In this document: positions 1 to 10,830 of the stretch, one piece after another | How positions within the stretch are numbered: position 1 is the stretch's first letter | Layout of the letters: every line of letters starts with the position of its first letter | Source: Centroscyllium fabricii | Lineage: Eukaryota | Assembly: GCA_051313645.2 (NCBI GenBank) | Contig: JBNRSN020000006.1 | Span: 11,346,001-11,410,000 of the forward strand | Reading direction: 5' to 3' | Length of the DNA stretch: 64,000 nucleotides | Notes under the pieces: model-generated | Told to the model about the DNA's origin: nothing | Databases searched by the model: none | Seen by the model: the letters and a program-made list of their open reading frames with translations, nothing else | Program-made: the position numbers and the translations under genes

Positions 1-1652
1 TCAGCCTCTCATCATATGTTAGCCCCCTCATTCCCGGAATTAACCTAGTGAACCTTCTTTGCACTGCCTCGAGAGCAAGTATGTCCTTTCTTAAATATGG
101 ATACCAGAACTGCACGCAGTATTCCAGGTGTGGTCTCACCAATACCCTGTACAACTGCAGCAAGACCTCCCTGCTTTTATACTCCATCCCCTTAGCAATA
201 AAAGTCAACATTCCGTTGGCCTTCCTGACCACCTGCTGCACCTGCATATTAACTTTTTGTGTTTCCTGCATCAGGACCCCCAGATCCCTTTGCACTGAAG
301 TACTGTCCAGTTTCTTTCCATTTAGATAATAACTCGCTCTATTATTTTTCCTGCCAAAGTGCATAACTTCACACTTTCCAGTATTATACTCCATCTGCCA
401 AATCTCTGCCCACTCACTTAGCCTATCTATGTCCTTTTGCAGGTTTTTAATGTCCTCCTAACTCATCACCCTCCCTCCCATCTTTGTGTCATCCGCAAAC
501 TTTGATATGTTGCACTTGGTCCCTTCCTCCAAATCATTAATATAGATTGTAAAGGGTTGGGGTCCCAGCACCGACCCTTGCGGAACACCACTAGTGACTG
601 ACTGCCAGTCTGAGAACGAACCATTTATCCCAACTCTCTGTTTTCTGTTAGAAAGCCAATCCTCCACCCATGCCAGAATATTACCCCCAACCCCGTGATT
701 TTTTATCTTGAGTAATAATCTTCTGTGGGGCACCTTGTCAAATGCCTTTTGGAAGTCCAAATACACCACATCCACTGGTTCCCCTTTATCCACCCTATAT
801 GTTATGTCCTCAAAGAACTCTAGCAAATTTGTCAAAAAGGACTTCCCCTTTGTAAAACCATGCTGACTTTGTCCTATTAAATTATGTTAATCCAAATGCC
901 CTGTTACTGTTTCCTTAATAATGGATTCTAACATTTTGCCAACCACAGATGTTAGGCTAACTGGTCTATAATTTCCAGCCTTCTGTCTATTACCCTTTTT
1001 AAATAAAGGCGTTAAGGCCCTGTCACACCTAGACGTTTTAGCCAGCGTATGCAAATTTGGCTAAAACGCTGAAATTTTGACTTTTTTTCCGTTTTGGGCA
1101 TATAATAGCGTATTCATAACGTATGCATAACGTATTAGTAACGTACACAGAACGTATCGATAACTTACAGATAACTTATACCAACGAATGCTTAGCGTGT
1201 TGTCGGCGTTCTCAACTTATGGCCAACGATAGTCTAACGTATGCATAGCGCGCGGCAGCGTATCGCCGACGTTTTAGATAAATGTTGATACGTTGGCATA
1301 CGAAATCGTCAAGGTGTGACAGGGCATGACAGGGGCACAGGTAAGGTGTGTTCAACGATCGCCTAACGTGCCTACAACGTATGGCCAGCGTATGCGGAAC
1401 GTGTGAATCATACGCTTGATACGTCGAGATTTTTTGTGCATGCTCAAAAATTCTCGACTTACTCGAAGTACAACGACGTATGCAACGTATGCCCAGCGTA
1501 TGCCCAGCGTTCTCGTAACGTATGCATAACGTACCCATAACGTATCCGACGTAACCCAGCGTTTTAGCCAAATTTGCATACGCTGGCTAAAACGTCTAGG
1601 TGTGACAGGGCCTTTACGTTAGCAGTTTTCCAATCTGCCGGAACCTTTGCCG
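1..1652 (-). mobile_element. CR1 (HER1-like) LINE fragment, RT region, interrupted by a MITE
   Basis: ORF 458..835 has CR1 RT motifs ([29 protein letters not shown]). The sequence resumes at 1617 collinear with the copy at ~43660. Confidence 0.93.
1015..1613. mobile_element. PIF/Harbinger-type MITE (599 bp)
   Basis: Perfect ~57-bp TIRs (AGGCCCTGTCACACCTAGACGTTTTAGCC... / ...GGCTAAAACGTCTAGGTGTGACAGGGCCT). TTA TSD at 1012-1014 and 1614-1616. The empty site is visible in the CR1 copy at ~43665. Confidence 0.92.
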
Positions 1653-1824
1653 TAATCGAGTGTCAGTAAATTCAATTCACTTCGATCCTAACTGGTTAGT
1701 GCAAGATAGTTCGGCAAGGTCATCCCTAGACCTCTGCTGGGAGATAAAACTCCAGACGGTTCCTTAGTAAAGAGTTAAAAGAGGGAATTAAATATTCGGC
1801 GGGTACCTCTGCATATATTTGTCA

Positions 1825-3116
1825 GGTTTACAAAAGGTAAATGGTGTTTGACTAATCTGCTGGAATTTTTGGAGGATGTAACTGGTAAAATAGATAAGGG
1901 AGAACCAGTAGACGTGGTGTATTTGGACTTTCAGAAAGCTTTTGATAAGGTCCCTCATAAGAGATTAGCGTGCAAAATTAAGGCTCATGGGATTGGGGGC
2001 AAGGTATTGACTTGGGTAGAGAACTGGTTGGCAGATAGAAAATAGAGAGTTGGAATAAACGGGTCATTTTCCAAGTGGCAGGCAATGATGAGTGGGGTAC
2101 CGCAAGGATCGGTCTTAGGACCCCAGCTGTTCACAATATATTTTAATGATCTGGACGAGGGAATTGGATGTAATATCTGCAAATTTGCAGACGACACAAA
2201 GCTGGGTGGGAGGGTATGCTGTGAGGAGGATGTTAAGAAACTCCAATGCGATTTGGACAGGTTGGGCGATTGGTCAGATACATGGCAAATGCACTATAAT
2301 GTGGATCAATGTGAGGTTATCCACTTTGGTGGCAAAAACAGGAGGGCAGATTATTATTTGAATAGCAATAGATTGGGAGAAGGGGAAGTGCAAAGAGACC
2401 TGGGTGTTCTTGTGCACCAGTCACTGAAGGTAAGCATGCAGGTGCAACAGGCGGTTAAGAAGGCAAATGGTATGTTGGCCTTCGTAGCGAGAGGGTTTGA
2501 ATATAAGAACAAGGATGTCTTGCTGCAGCTGTACAGGACCTTGGTGAGATAACACCTCGAGTATTGTGTGCAGTTTTGGTCGCCTCATCTGAGGAAGGAC
2601 GTTCTTACCATGGAAGGAGTGCAGCGAAGATTCACCAGGCTGATACCTGGGGTGGCAGGAATGACGTATGGGGAGAGATTGAGTCAACTGGGCTTATACT
2701 CACTGGAGTTCAGGCGATTGAGAGGGGATCTCATTGAAACCTATAAAATTCTGTCAGGCCTGGACAGACTGGATGCAGGAATGATGTTCCCGATGGTTGG
2801 GGAGTCCAGAACCAGGGGCCATAGTCTAAGGATAAGGGGAAAGCCATTTAGGACTGAGATGAGGGGGAATTTCTTCACCCAGAGTGTGGTGAACCTGTGG
2901 AATTTTCTGCCACAGAGGGCGGTGGAGGACGGTTCATTAAAAATATTCAAGAAGGAATTGGATGTATTTCTTCAGGCTGAAGGGATCAAGGGATATGGGG
3001 AGAAGGCAGGGACAGGGTACTGAATCTGAAAGATCAGTCATGATCTCATTGAATGGCGGAGCAGGCTCGAAGGACCAAATGGCCGACTCCTGCTCCTATC
3101 TTCTATGTTTCTATGT
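1825..3116 (+). mobile_element. 5'-truncated CR1 (HER1-like) LINE with short 3' tail
   Basis: Broken RT ORFs 1848-3023. 3' tail GATCTCATTGAATGGCGGAGCAGGCTCG... ends in (TTCTATGT)n. Confidence 0.93.
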
Positions 3117-3129
3117 TACTAAAGCCTAA

Positions 3130-3570
3130 GGGGGTGAAATTGGGTGCCTTTGCGTCTCCCGTTAGCGTCCCCGGGCCCAGTGATTTAAAAAAAATCATTC
3201 ATGGGATGTGGGCGTCGCTGGCGAGGCCAGCATTTACTGCCCATTCCTAATTGCCCTCGAGAAGGTGGTGGTGAGCCGCCTTCTTGAACCGCTGCAGTCC
3301 GTGTGGTGAAGGTGCTCCCACAGTGCTGTTAGGGAGGGAGTTCCAGGATTTTGACCCAGCGACGATGAAGGAATCGGCGATATATTTCCAAGTCAGGATG
3401 GTGTGTGACTTGGGAGGGAACTTAGAGGTGGTGGTGATTTAGCGCTCCACTTCCTTCCTGGAGCGCAAAACCGAATTTTTTAAAAGTTAAGAAATATGAG
3501 CGCCTGGCGCTAATTTTCTCAACTTCTAAAATCTAGCACCCCAAACGGGGCCATAATGAATTTCTCCCCC
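3130..3570. mobile_element. Harbinger-type MITE
   Basis: TIRs GGGGGTGAAATT / AATTTCTCCCCC; TAA TSD at 3127-3129 and 3571-3573; similar to the MITEs at 4696 and 6533. Confidence 0.82.
3188..3433 (-). mobile_element. 3' end of a CR1/L2-group LINE inserted in the MITE
   Basis: Recognisable tail (rc ...GGGCAGTAAATGCTGGCCTCGCCAGCGACGCCCACATCCCATGAATGA). Flanked by an 8-bp direct repeat GTGATTTA (3180-3187, 3434-3441). Confidence 0.72.
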
Positions 3571-3693
3571 TAACTTTCTTCCAATATTTAGTTCTTCTTC
3601 TTTCTCTTCTGAGTCAGGAAGCACGTGAGACAATCCATTTTTTCCACTGCTTTGCATCCAACAGATCGTGCTCTGCGTTGTTTCTGTAACAAA

Positions 3694-4562
3694 GGCCACG
3701 ATTTTGCCGGCGCTCAGAGGGCGAATTTGGAGGTGGGTCAGAGGTTAAATTCGATTTCATTCACGACGGGTTCCGATCCCACCTCCCAACAGCTTTCCCA
3801 AGTGTCAGGCCCACAATTTCCGAATGGACCCGACACCTAGCGGCGGGAATCGGATTAAAGGCAATTACCTGCCTGTTAACAGATAGTTGCTAGTAGTTGT
3901 CAGCCTGTTTTTGGATTTTCCCACTTCAGGATCAGGTTTCCCGTCGTCCGGGCACCACGCCAGGTAAGTGTGGTATATTGTGAGTCTGCTGCAATGTCTG
4001 TGGAATGATGACAGCTACAGAAGTGGTGTGAAGGCTCCAATGTTGCACATGGTGAGTCTCAGAGCATAGAAAATGTTGGGTACTGCATTTTTGAAACATT
4101 TACAGATGTCTTTAGGTAACAAGTTTTGAAATCCATATCCAGTGCCACCTCACTGGGAGAACCTCTCTCACCAGTGACAGATCGCTTCTGTCACCTCACC
4201 TGCAGCTGTCATCTATTCCAGCCTATGGAGGGGGTCATTGGAGAGCCTGGGTGCAAGAGTTCACCTTTGTGCAGTGATTGTCAGTGTTTGCAGCACCTCA
4301 ATGCTGTGAAACACTGAGAAATCAACAGTCAAAATAAAATTGTGAGTGGTCCCTTTAAGGAAACCGGCAGATGACGCGTCATCAAATGAGGTCATCAGAC
4401 CCGCTTCCTGTTAATTGGCTGGCAAGCCCACAGGGTGGGGCTTAACAAGGTCAATCAAGGGAACATCACGCCTGTGGAGCGGAGACAGCTGGGGGGCGGG
4501 ACTGGACCCCAGAAAACCAGCTGACCCACACCCAACCTGACACCGATAACAAAATCACGGCC
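3694..4562. mobile_element. Non-autonomous Harbinger derivative
   Basis: Imperfect TIRs GGCCACGATTTTG / CAAAATCACGGCC; AAA TSD; 4240-4460 is homologous to 10380-10600 of the Harbinger at 8927. Confidence 0.72.
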
Positions 4563-4695
4563 AAAGTCTCTTTTTACGTGTATAGGTCAATAGCTTGACC
4601 TATGACGCCCTACCAGGAGGATCAACTAGATACAAAGTGGTGGGGCTTTAGACAGAAGCACCCCACTGGATGTCAGCTCAGTATTCAGAGACCAG

Positions 4696-5064
4696 GGGGG
4701 AAAATTCAGTTGTTTGCACCTCCCATTAGTGCCTTAAGAGGGCGCTAATGGGGCGCAAAACAACTAGCGCCCGGGCGCGGCGATGTTTGTGCTGCTCGCG
4801 AAATTAACTAGACATTTTGCAACGGCGCTAAACACTACCGCCATAATCTCCTGCACCGGCAGATGGTGACGTCATTCGAGTGCGCAGCGCCCCGGTAGCG
4901 CCCCCGACCGGATATTGAGTGGCGCCCCCTGCCTTACCACCTGCCACTAGCAACGACAGGTTGAGGGGAGCATTCTGCAGTCAGAAAGGGACTGGGGGAG
5001 CGCTATTTAAAGGCGACCGCTTCCTGCTTTTTTTTGTGGGTGGCATTTTTGCACCACGCATTCG

Positions 5065-5112
<48 letters not shown>

Positions 5113-5408
5113 CTTCTGGAGAGATTCAACGCTGTGTGAAGGGGTTCTGGGTACTGAGCAGCACTTTGCAGGTTCATTTTGATTTGCCCTTCCTTGCTTC
5201 GCCCGCGCTCTGAGTTAGCGCCTCGCTCCTTGGACTTTGCGCCTTAAGGCAGGTTTGAAGCAACTGATTTAGCGCTCCAATCACCTCCAGGGGCGATAGA
5301 AGCCAAGTTTGCCGCCAGAGGCGATAATTAGCGTCAGGCGCTAAACTTTGCACACAGCCAAGAATGGCGCCCCCAAATGGGGCAATACTGAATTTCCCCC
5401 CCCCCCCC
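4696..5408. mobile_element. Harbinger-type MITE containing a (GA)n tract
   Basis: TIRs GGGGGAAAATTCAG / CTGAATTTCCCCC; CAG TSD; (GA)n at ~5067-5109. Confidence 0.8.
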
Positions 5409-5846
5409 CAGAACTCTCATCTCCGCTCGCTGGGGCTGTCTGGAGTGCGGCTCGAGCCCGAAGCCTCCTGGCTCAGAGGCGGGAATGCCAGCACTGATCC
5501 AAAGCTCAGTCCCATATATCTAGTTAAGGAACAGGAATGTGACATCGAGATACAAAACAACTGGAGATCACCTTGTGGGAACGTCTCTCCCCAAACCAAA
5601 GTTTGCCAGATAATTTTTTCATGAATCTTTTGCCCCTTTAAAAACCAGAATGATTGCAAGCCAGCAACCCAGCAAGGAATTTTGAGTATTTAATCTTTGA
5701 CTTCAGAAAAATAATGAAACATAGTCTGAATATTTAACTTCTGTGAGGCACAAAAAGTACAAAAGTAATGACTTATTTATTATTAATGAATGAAAATCTT
5801 AATTTTGAGTCCAGGCAACAGTCTGCCTTCAGATCCCACGGACCCT

Positions 5847-5863
5847 TGCTGCCCTCTGGTGGT
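5847..5863 (-). promoter_or_regulatory. Candidate CTCF binding site
   Basis: The minus strand reads ACCACCAGAGGGCAGCA, a close match to the CTCF core, in a non-repetitive AT-rich island. Confidence 0.45.
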
Positions 5864-6244
5864 TTAGGAATTTAATGCGACCAATGTGGAATGCCATGAG
5901 ACTAAAACTGACGTTTTATATATTAATCAACAAAAGTGATATTAATGAAACTGAAAGATTGTTATTTTGGAAGATGGCAGAGTGATATGTTTGTGCTCTG
6001 CAAGCTGTCACTGCCAGGAACACAGCACTTTCCATTCTTGCATCCACTGTAATACGCAGGTATAGCAGGTCAGAGACAAAAGCTCCCACTACTCTGCCCT
6101 GATAATATGTCTGGATGCCAAAGACTATCGCCTAACCGCACCTGTAAGACAGTTTTCTACTTCCCATAAAATAGCACCCCTGTAGTTTCTCTGAGATTTC
6201 AAATTTAGTGCTAATTGTAACTTTGATTATGCAGGTAATGGCGA

Positions 6245-6245
<1 letters not shown>

Positions 6246-6274
<29 letters not shown>
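6246..6274. repeat. (CA)n microsatellite
   Basis: Direct reading. Confidence 0.95.
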
Positions 6275-6279
<5 letters not shown>

Positions 6280-6532
6280 TGACATAGCAAAAGGGAAAAA
6301 GCCCCCCAAAAAAGGCACACAGATATAGAGAGGCCTGCAGCAAGACACAGCCAAATAAGGGAGAAATTAATATGCACGGGCAAGCATCAATTCCTTTTCC
6401 GGACCTGCCTTCGTTCCTGGTCTTGAGGATTACCAATCGCACACCACATGCAACCACAATGGGAAAAGTGGAAAAGGGGATTTGAAATCCTACACAGAAC
6501 TATGGAGGTGAAGGATGACACCAGAAAACACA

Positions 6533-7177
6533 GGCTGTGAAATTGTGCTCCTTTGCGCCTGCCATTAGCGCCTCCGGGTGGCGCTAACGGGGTGCAAAGG
6601 GCATATCGCCCGGGCAATCCTCCCGAGAGATTCGGCGGGGTGCTACTGAGGCGCTAGCCGATAGCACTGCGCCACCGTTGGTAGTGCCCCGGGCCGCTGC
6701 GCCGCCAGCGACGATGTCACTGCCGTGCACTGCGACCCCTCAGCATCCTGCCGCGACCCCTTAGCGCCCCATGGCAGAAATATCAGCTGCGCCCCGCGAG
6801 GCTGCTGTGAGCGGTGTCAGCACCAGCCTCGCGGGTCGTGAGATGGGCCAAACTCCGCCCGCGACCCACGTTAATTAAAGGGAGGTGCGGCTGTGACCCG
6901 CACCGCCCTTTCAAGTTGGCCCTCCGTGGCAGTCCTTGCCGTTGGTCTGTGGCCGCCATCATGCAGCCATGGCACCACGCCGCCATCGGAGGCCCTGCAG
7001 AGCTCGCAGCGCCTCTCCCCTTTAACGGAAGGGGAGCACCCGAGATAGCGCTCTGTAACCTCGCCGGGGCGGTATGCTGAATTTAGCCGCTGGGGCGGTA
7101 CTTCCTTGCCAGGCGCTAAATCTCCGGCGATAATTCGATTACCGTCCCCAAACGGGGCGTAACCGAATTTCGCCACC
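6533..7177. mobile_element. Harbinger-type MITE (GC-rich)
   Basis: Degenerate TIRs GGCTGTGAAATT / AATTTCGCCACC; flanks ACA/ATA; subterminal TTAGCGCC...GGCGCTAA shared with the MITEs at 3130 and 4696. Confidence 0.72.
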
Positions 7178-7180
7178 ATA

Positions 7181-7306
7181 GATTTTTGTTGGCCAGGGTA
7201 TTAAGGGTTAGGGAACCAAGACAGGTGGATGGAGTTCAGGTACAGATCAGCCATGATCTAATTGAATGGTGGAACAAGCTCAAGGGGCTGAGTGGCCTCC
7301 TCCTGA
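7181..7306 (+). mobile_element. CR1 3'-tail fragment
   Basis: CAGATCAGCCATGATCTAATTGAATGG...CTCCTCCTG tail motif. Confidence 0.75.
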
Positions 7307-7390
7307 CCCTGGAATTCTTCCTATACTGGGGCGATTTTCTACTGCCAGCACCCGCTTCTCAACTGTGCTCAATTGTCATCATTTGATATT

Positions 7391-8155
7391 GGCCCAGAAA
7401 TTAGCCTTGGAGCCTTCCTGCGAGTGCAAGGCTCCAAGGTACACTTACCCTGCACTTTTGCCATTTTGATATTCTACGATGTGAACTCCTGAGTTGTACA
7501 GCTGCTTCAGGCTCTAAGCGACCTGCTGGTGCAACTCAACGGTGCAATTAGTCCAAGATATCGCACGAGACCACGTGATCAGCAGGGAGCCAATCAATGG
7601 AAGCAATCCTCCATTCAAAACTTACACGGAGAAATCTGTGTAACTTTTGAAAAGGAAGAGCTTCAGAAACACATCTAAACACCAAAATAAAATTTAAAAA
7701 ACACCACATTTTTTAACAGTACTCTAACTAATATAAATTACCTATTTTAAAGAAAAAATAAAAATTTAGAAAAACATTTTTAAGTCTTTAACTGGCCTAA
7801 AAGAATACTTACCTGTCTTTAAAGTTTAAAAAAATTAAAAACCTATAAAAACAATACTTAAATTCTATAAAATAAAGACTTACCTGCTAAAAACGGGTGG
7901 TTACGTCTGATATTTTTAAGTGTAAAATCTTCCATACTTACCCCGATTAAAAACTCGCAAAAAAAATCAGAAGTGCACTGCGCACCTCCTGGTGCACAGG
8001 CGAATGCGATCCATCTCGCAGCAGCACTTGACCCCCAGCTGGACGCCTTCGGAATTGCAGGTAGCAGCTGGAAACAGCGGCTCCCTACAATTCAGAGCTC
8101 GGGTGCGCTAACACCCGGCTCCAGAACCTCCTGCGCTCATCGGAAGTATTGGCCC
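7391..8155. mobile_element. Harbinger-type MITE with AT-rich core
   Basis: Ends GGCCCAGAAATT / AGTATTGGCCC; ATT TSD; same family as 57664-58409 in the opposite orientation. Confidence 0.75.
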
Positions 8156-8926
8156 ATTATTTCGGGAAGTATCATGGAAACATCGGGAATTTTCCCCTTC
8201 AGTCAGCTCCTTTAGGTAGATTCCTCCATTGGAGGCTAAGGGCACTTTAGGCACTGTTGCTGCTGGACCTCAGTTTCCAATGAATGCTAAACACACTGGG
8301 TCAATTCTTTTTTTTCTGTTAAGGAAAGTAAGGTGAGATGCAAAAACCAATAGAGTTGGATACCTCCATGGTTGGAAAAAGTAAAAGCGATGAGCTAAAT
8401 CAAGTCACAGTGATTACGCAATGCCAGGATTGCGTTGAAGTTTTTTCTGCATGAAGGGGAATACGGAGAGAGAGAATAAGTTCCACAGTTTAAGGCCCTG
8501 AAAAGATAACCAATTGTGAAGAAAAACTCGAAGACAGTCAATTATTAGTGGTTGGATCAATCTTGGTCAATCTCATTATTCCAATTTTTAAAACCTCTTT
8601 CAGCTCAATTTCAAGTCAGCTACACTTGCCCTCACAATCTTACATTCATATTTTTAATTAAATGAATGACAAAATTTGGAACTAAAGTAAGGTCTCCAAC
8701 ATCAACGACATATAATGAGCAGATTTGTGCCCATATCTCCAACAATACCCTGTTGGATCCAATCAAGGTTCTGCACCACCAACATCACTGAAATGGACCC
8801 GATCAAAGTCTTGAATGACATTCCCTGTGACTGTGATGCAATATCCTTTCTCATCATTCTCAAGCCTTTGATATCATCGGTCACACCAATTTTCACCAGC
8901 TAAACACTGGAAAGATCAAAGCCATT

Positions 8927-10687
8927 GTCCGAGATTTGGCGGGGGGGGGGGGGAATCAGTGGGCGCAATCGGTGACAGGTTGGGTGGGAAAACGATTTTT
9001 TTTTGACAGCAGGTTGGTACCCCGCTATCAACCAGCCGCCTTTCCCAAATGTCAGGTCTGCCAGCGCTGAGCAGACCCAACAGGAAGCAACGGGAGAGGC
9101 AACTGAAATCATTAGTGGCTTGTTTACTGCCACTTAACAATGCTTTTTTTCCCAGCTGTTTGATTTTGACAAGTAGCCCACCGGTTTCCCGCTGTGCCTA
9201 GACCTCATCCGTGAAGCTGAGGCGGGAGGTGACTTGCCATTGTTTCAGCTGATGAGTTGACAATTTTAAATGTCAAGTCAAAGCTCCCAGCTGAATCAGA
9301 TATCTTCCCTTAGCCACTAGCTTCTCTAAACTACATTTCCACAACAGATTCAGGATGCTGCAAGTCTTTACACAAGTCTCCATCCAGACTGACCTCATTA
9401 CCTCGCCCACCATTGACCGCTTCTGTCATCTACAGTTCACCTACCATCTATTCCATCAGCATGGGTGTACTTTATACTCGTTTACCTTGGTCCTCAGAAT
9501 CCCACCATGATCAGCCCCAACACCAGCATCACCAGGCACACCAGCAGCACCAACAACACCAACCTTCTCCACAATCACCTGATGCTGCACAGGACACAGG
9601 GCATCAGAACCTGACCGCATTGCTGCCCGGGAGGCCAGGGATGGCCTCACCATGGCTATATTTACTTCACTTGGCGCTGTACACCCTGGCTGCCACATGA
9701 TGCATCAGATTGGCACCATCCCACATCAGCACCATAAAACTTCCCTACAATGCTCAAGCCATTCCTTTCACACTCACTACCATTGCGGGGGGTACCGTTA
9801 TGTCTAGCCATTCACTGCAACTCACTAAGCCACTTCCAAAGGTGCACACAAATTTGTCCAAGAATGCAAGTGTTGAAAATAAAGGTTTTAATGTTTGACA
9901 ACACATTAACAGAAACTTTACATGAACATTGCATAAAACACTCAAGTGCCAACCCTTGTGTGTTGTTAGTTGGTATGATTGGACTAGAATGAGGGTGAGC
10001 ATGAGGGGTGGCTAGAGAGATGGGGAAGTGCTAATGTAGATAGAGAGAGAGGGATGGGTGGAGGTGCAAGGTAAGTTGGTGTGAGTAAGGATGTGCAGGA
10101 GTAGGGTAGGGAAGGCAGAGTGATGGGGATGTGATGAGTGGCACAGCAGGATGAGGTTGAGTGTGACTTTGCAGTAACGCTTCGTGATCTACTGAGATCA
10201 TTGAAAGGTTTGCGACACTGCAGCCTGGTCCTCCTGATGACATCCCTGCTTGTGCCCTCCTGCACAATGTGTAACCAGGCTGCATTGGTGTCGTGGGGAG
10301 GTCTCTTGCACCCCTGGGAGGGGAGGAGAACCACCCTGTGTGCTGTGACTCACTCCATAGCCATATGGAGGGAATGATGGGAGAGCCTGGGTGCAGCCCT
10401 GCGCCATTCTGTCATGCTTGTCTGTGTTTGCAGCACCTCAATGCTGCAGAACACGGACAGTACAACTGTCAAAATCAATTTGCACATGGTCCCTTTAAGG
10501 AAAACGGCAGATGATGCATCATCACATGACGTCAACAGACCCGCTTCCTTCAAGTGGCTGGGAACCTCGCAGGGCGGGCTTAACAAGCCCAATCAGGGGA
10601 AAATCATTTTGGACAGAGGGTTGGAGCCAACAGTGAGGCCGGGACCCGCCACCGACGTCACCCGCCATGGTTGGTAAAATCCAGCCC
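8927..10687. mobile_element. Internally deleted PIF/Harbinger transposon
   Basis: ATT TSD; right TIR GGTAAAATCCAGCCC (left TIR degenerate); Myb/SANT remnant on - and an apparent transposase N/C-terminal remnant on + (~9461-9670). Confidence 0.78.
10180..10415 (-). pseudogene. Harbinger Myb/SANT-like DNA-binding ORF remnant
   Basis: RAAPRLS...LLPSQGCKRPPHDTNAAWLHIVQEGTSRDVIRRTRLQCRKPFNDL fits the trihelix Myb/SANT pattern (W...R(T/S)xxQCRK(R)FNDL); in-frame stop. Confidence 0.72.
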
Positions 10688-10830
10688 ATTGTCTTTGGTC
10701 CCCACCACAAACTTTGTATCATTGCTACTGACTCCATCTACCTCTCTGGCCACTGTTTCAGGCTAAACTCGGCTATTTGCAACCTTGGCATTGTAGTGCA
10801 TGCAGGCCTGAAGAACCACGCTGGAGCCAG

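Noticed and set aside
8364-8497. Minus-strand exon candidate (acceptor ttatcttttcag)
   Set aside because: Weak donors and stops in all frames before the better donor; the peptide is not recognised.
9413-9700. Q/H-rich 95-aa ORF as a host gene
   Set aside because: Lies inside a Harbinger element and looks like the fused ends of a deleted transposase.
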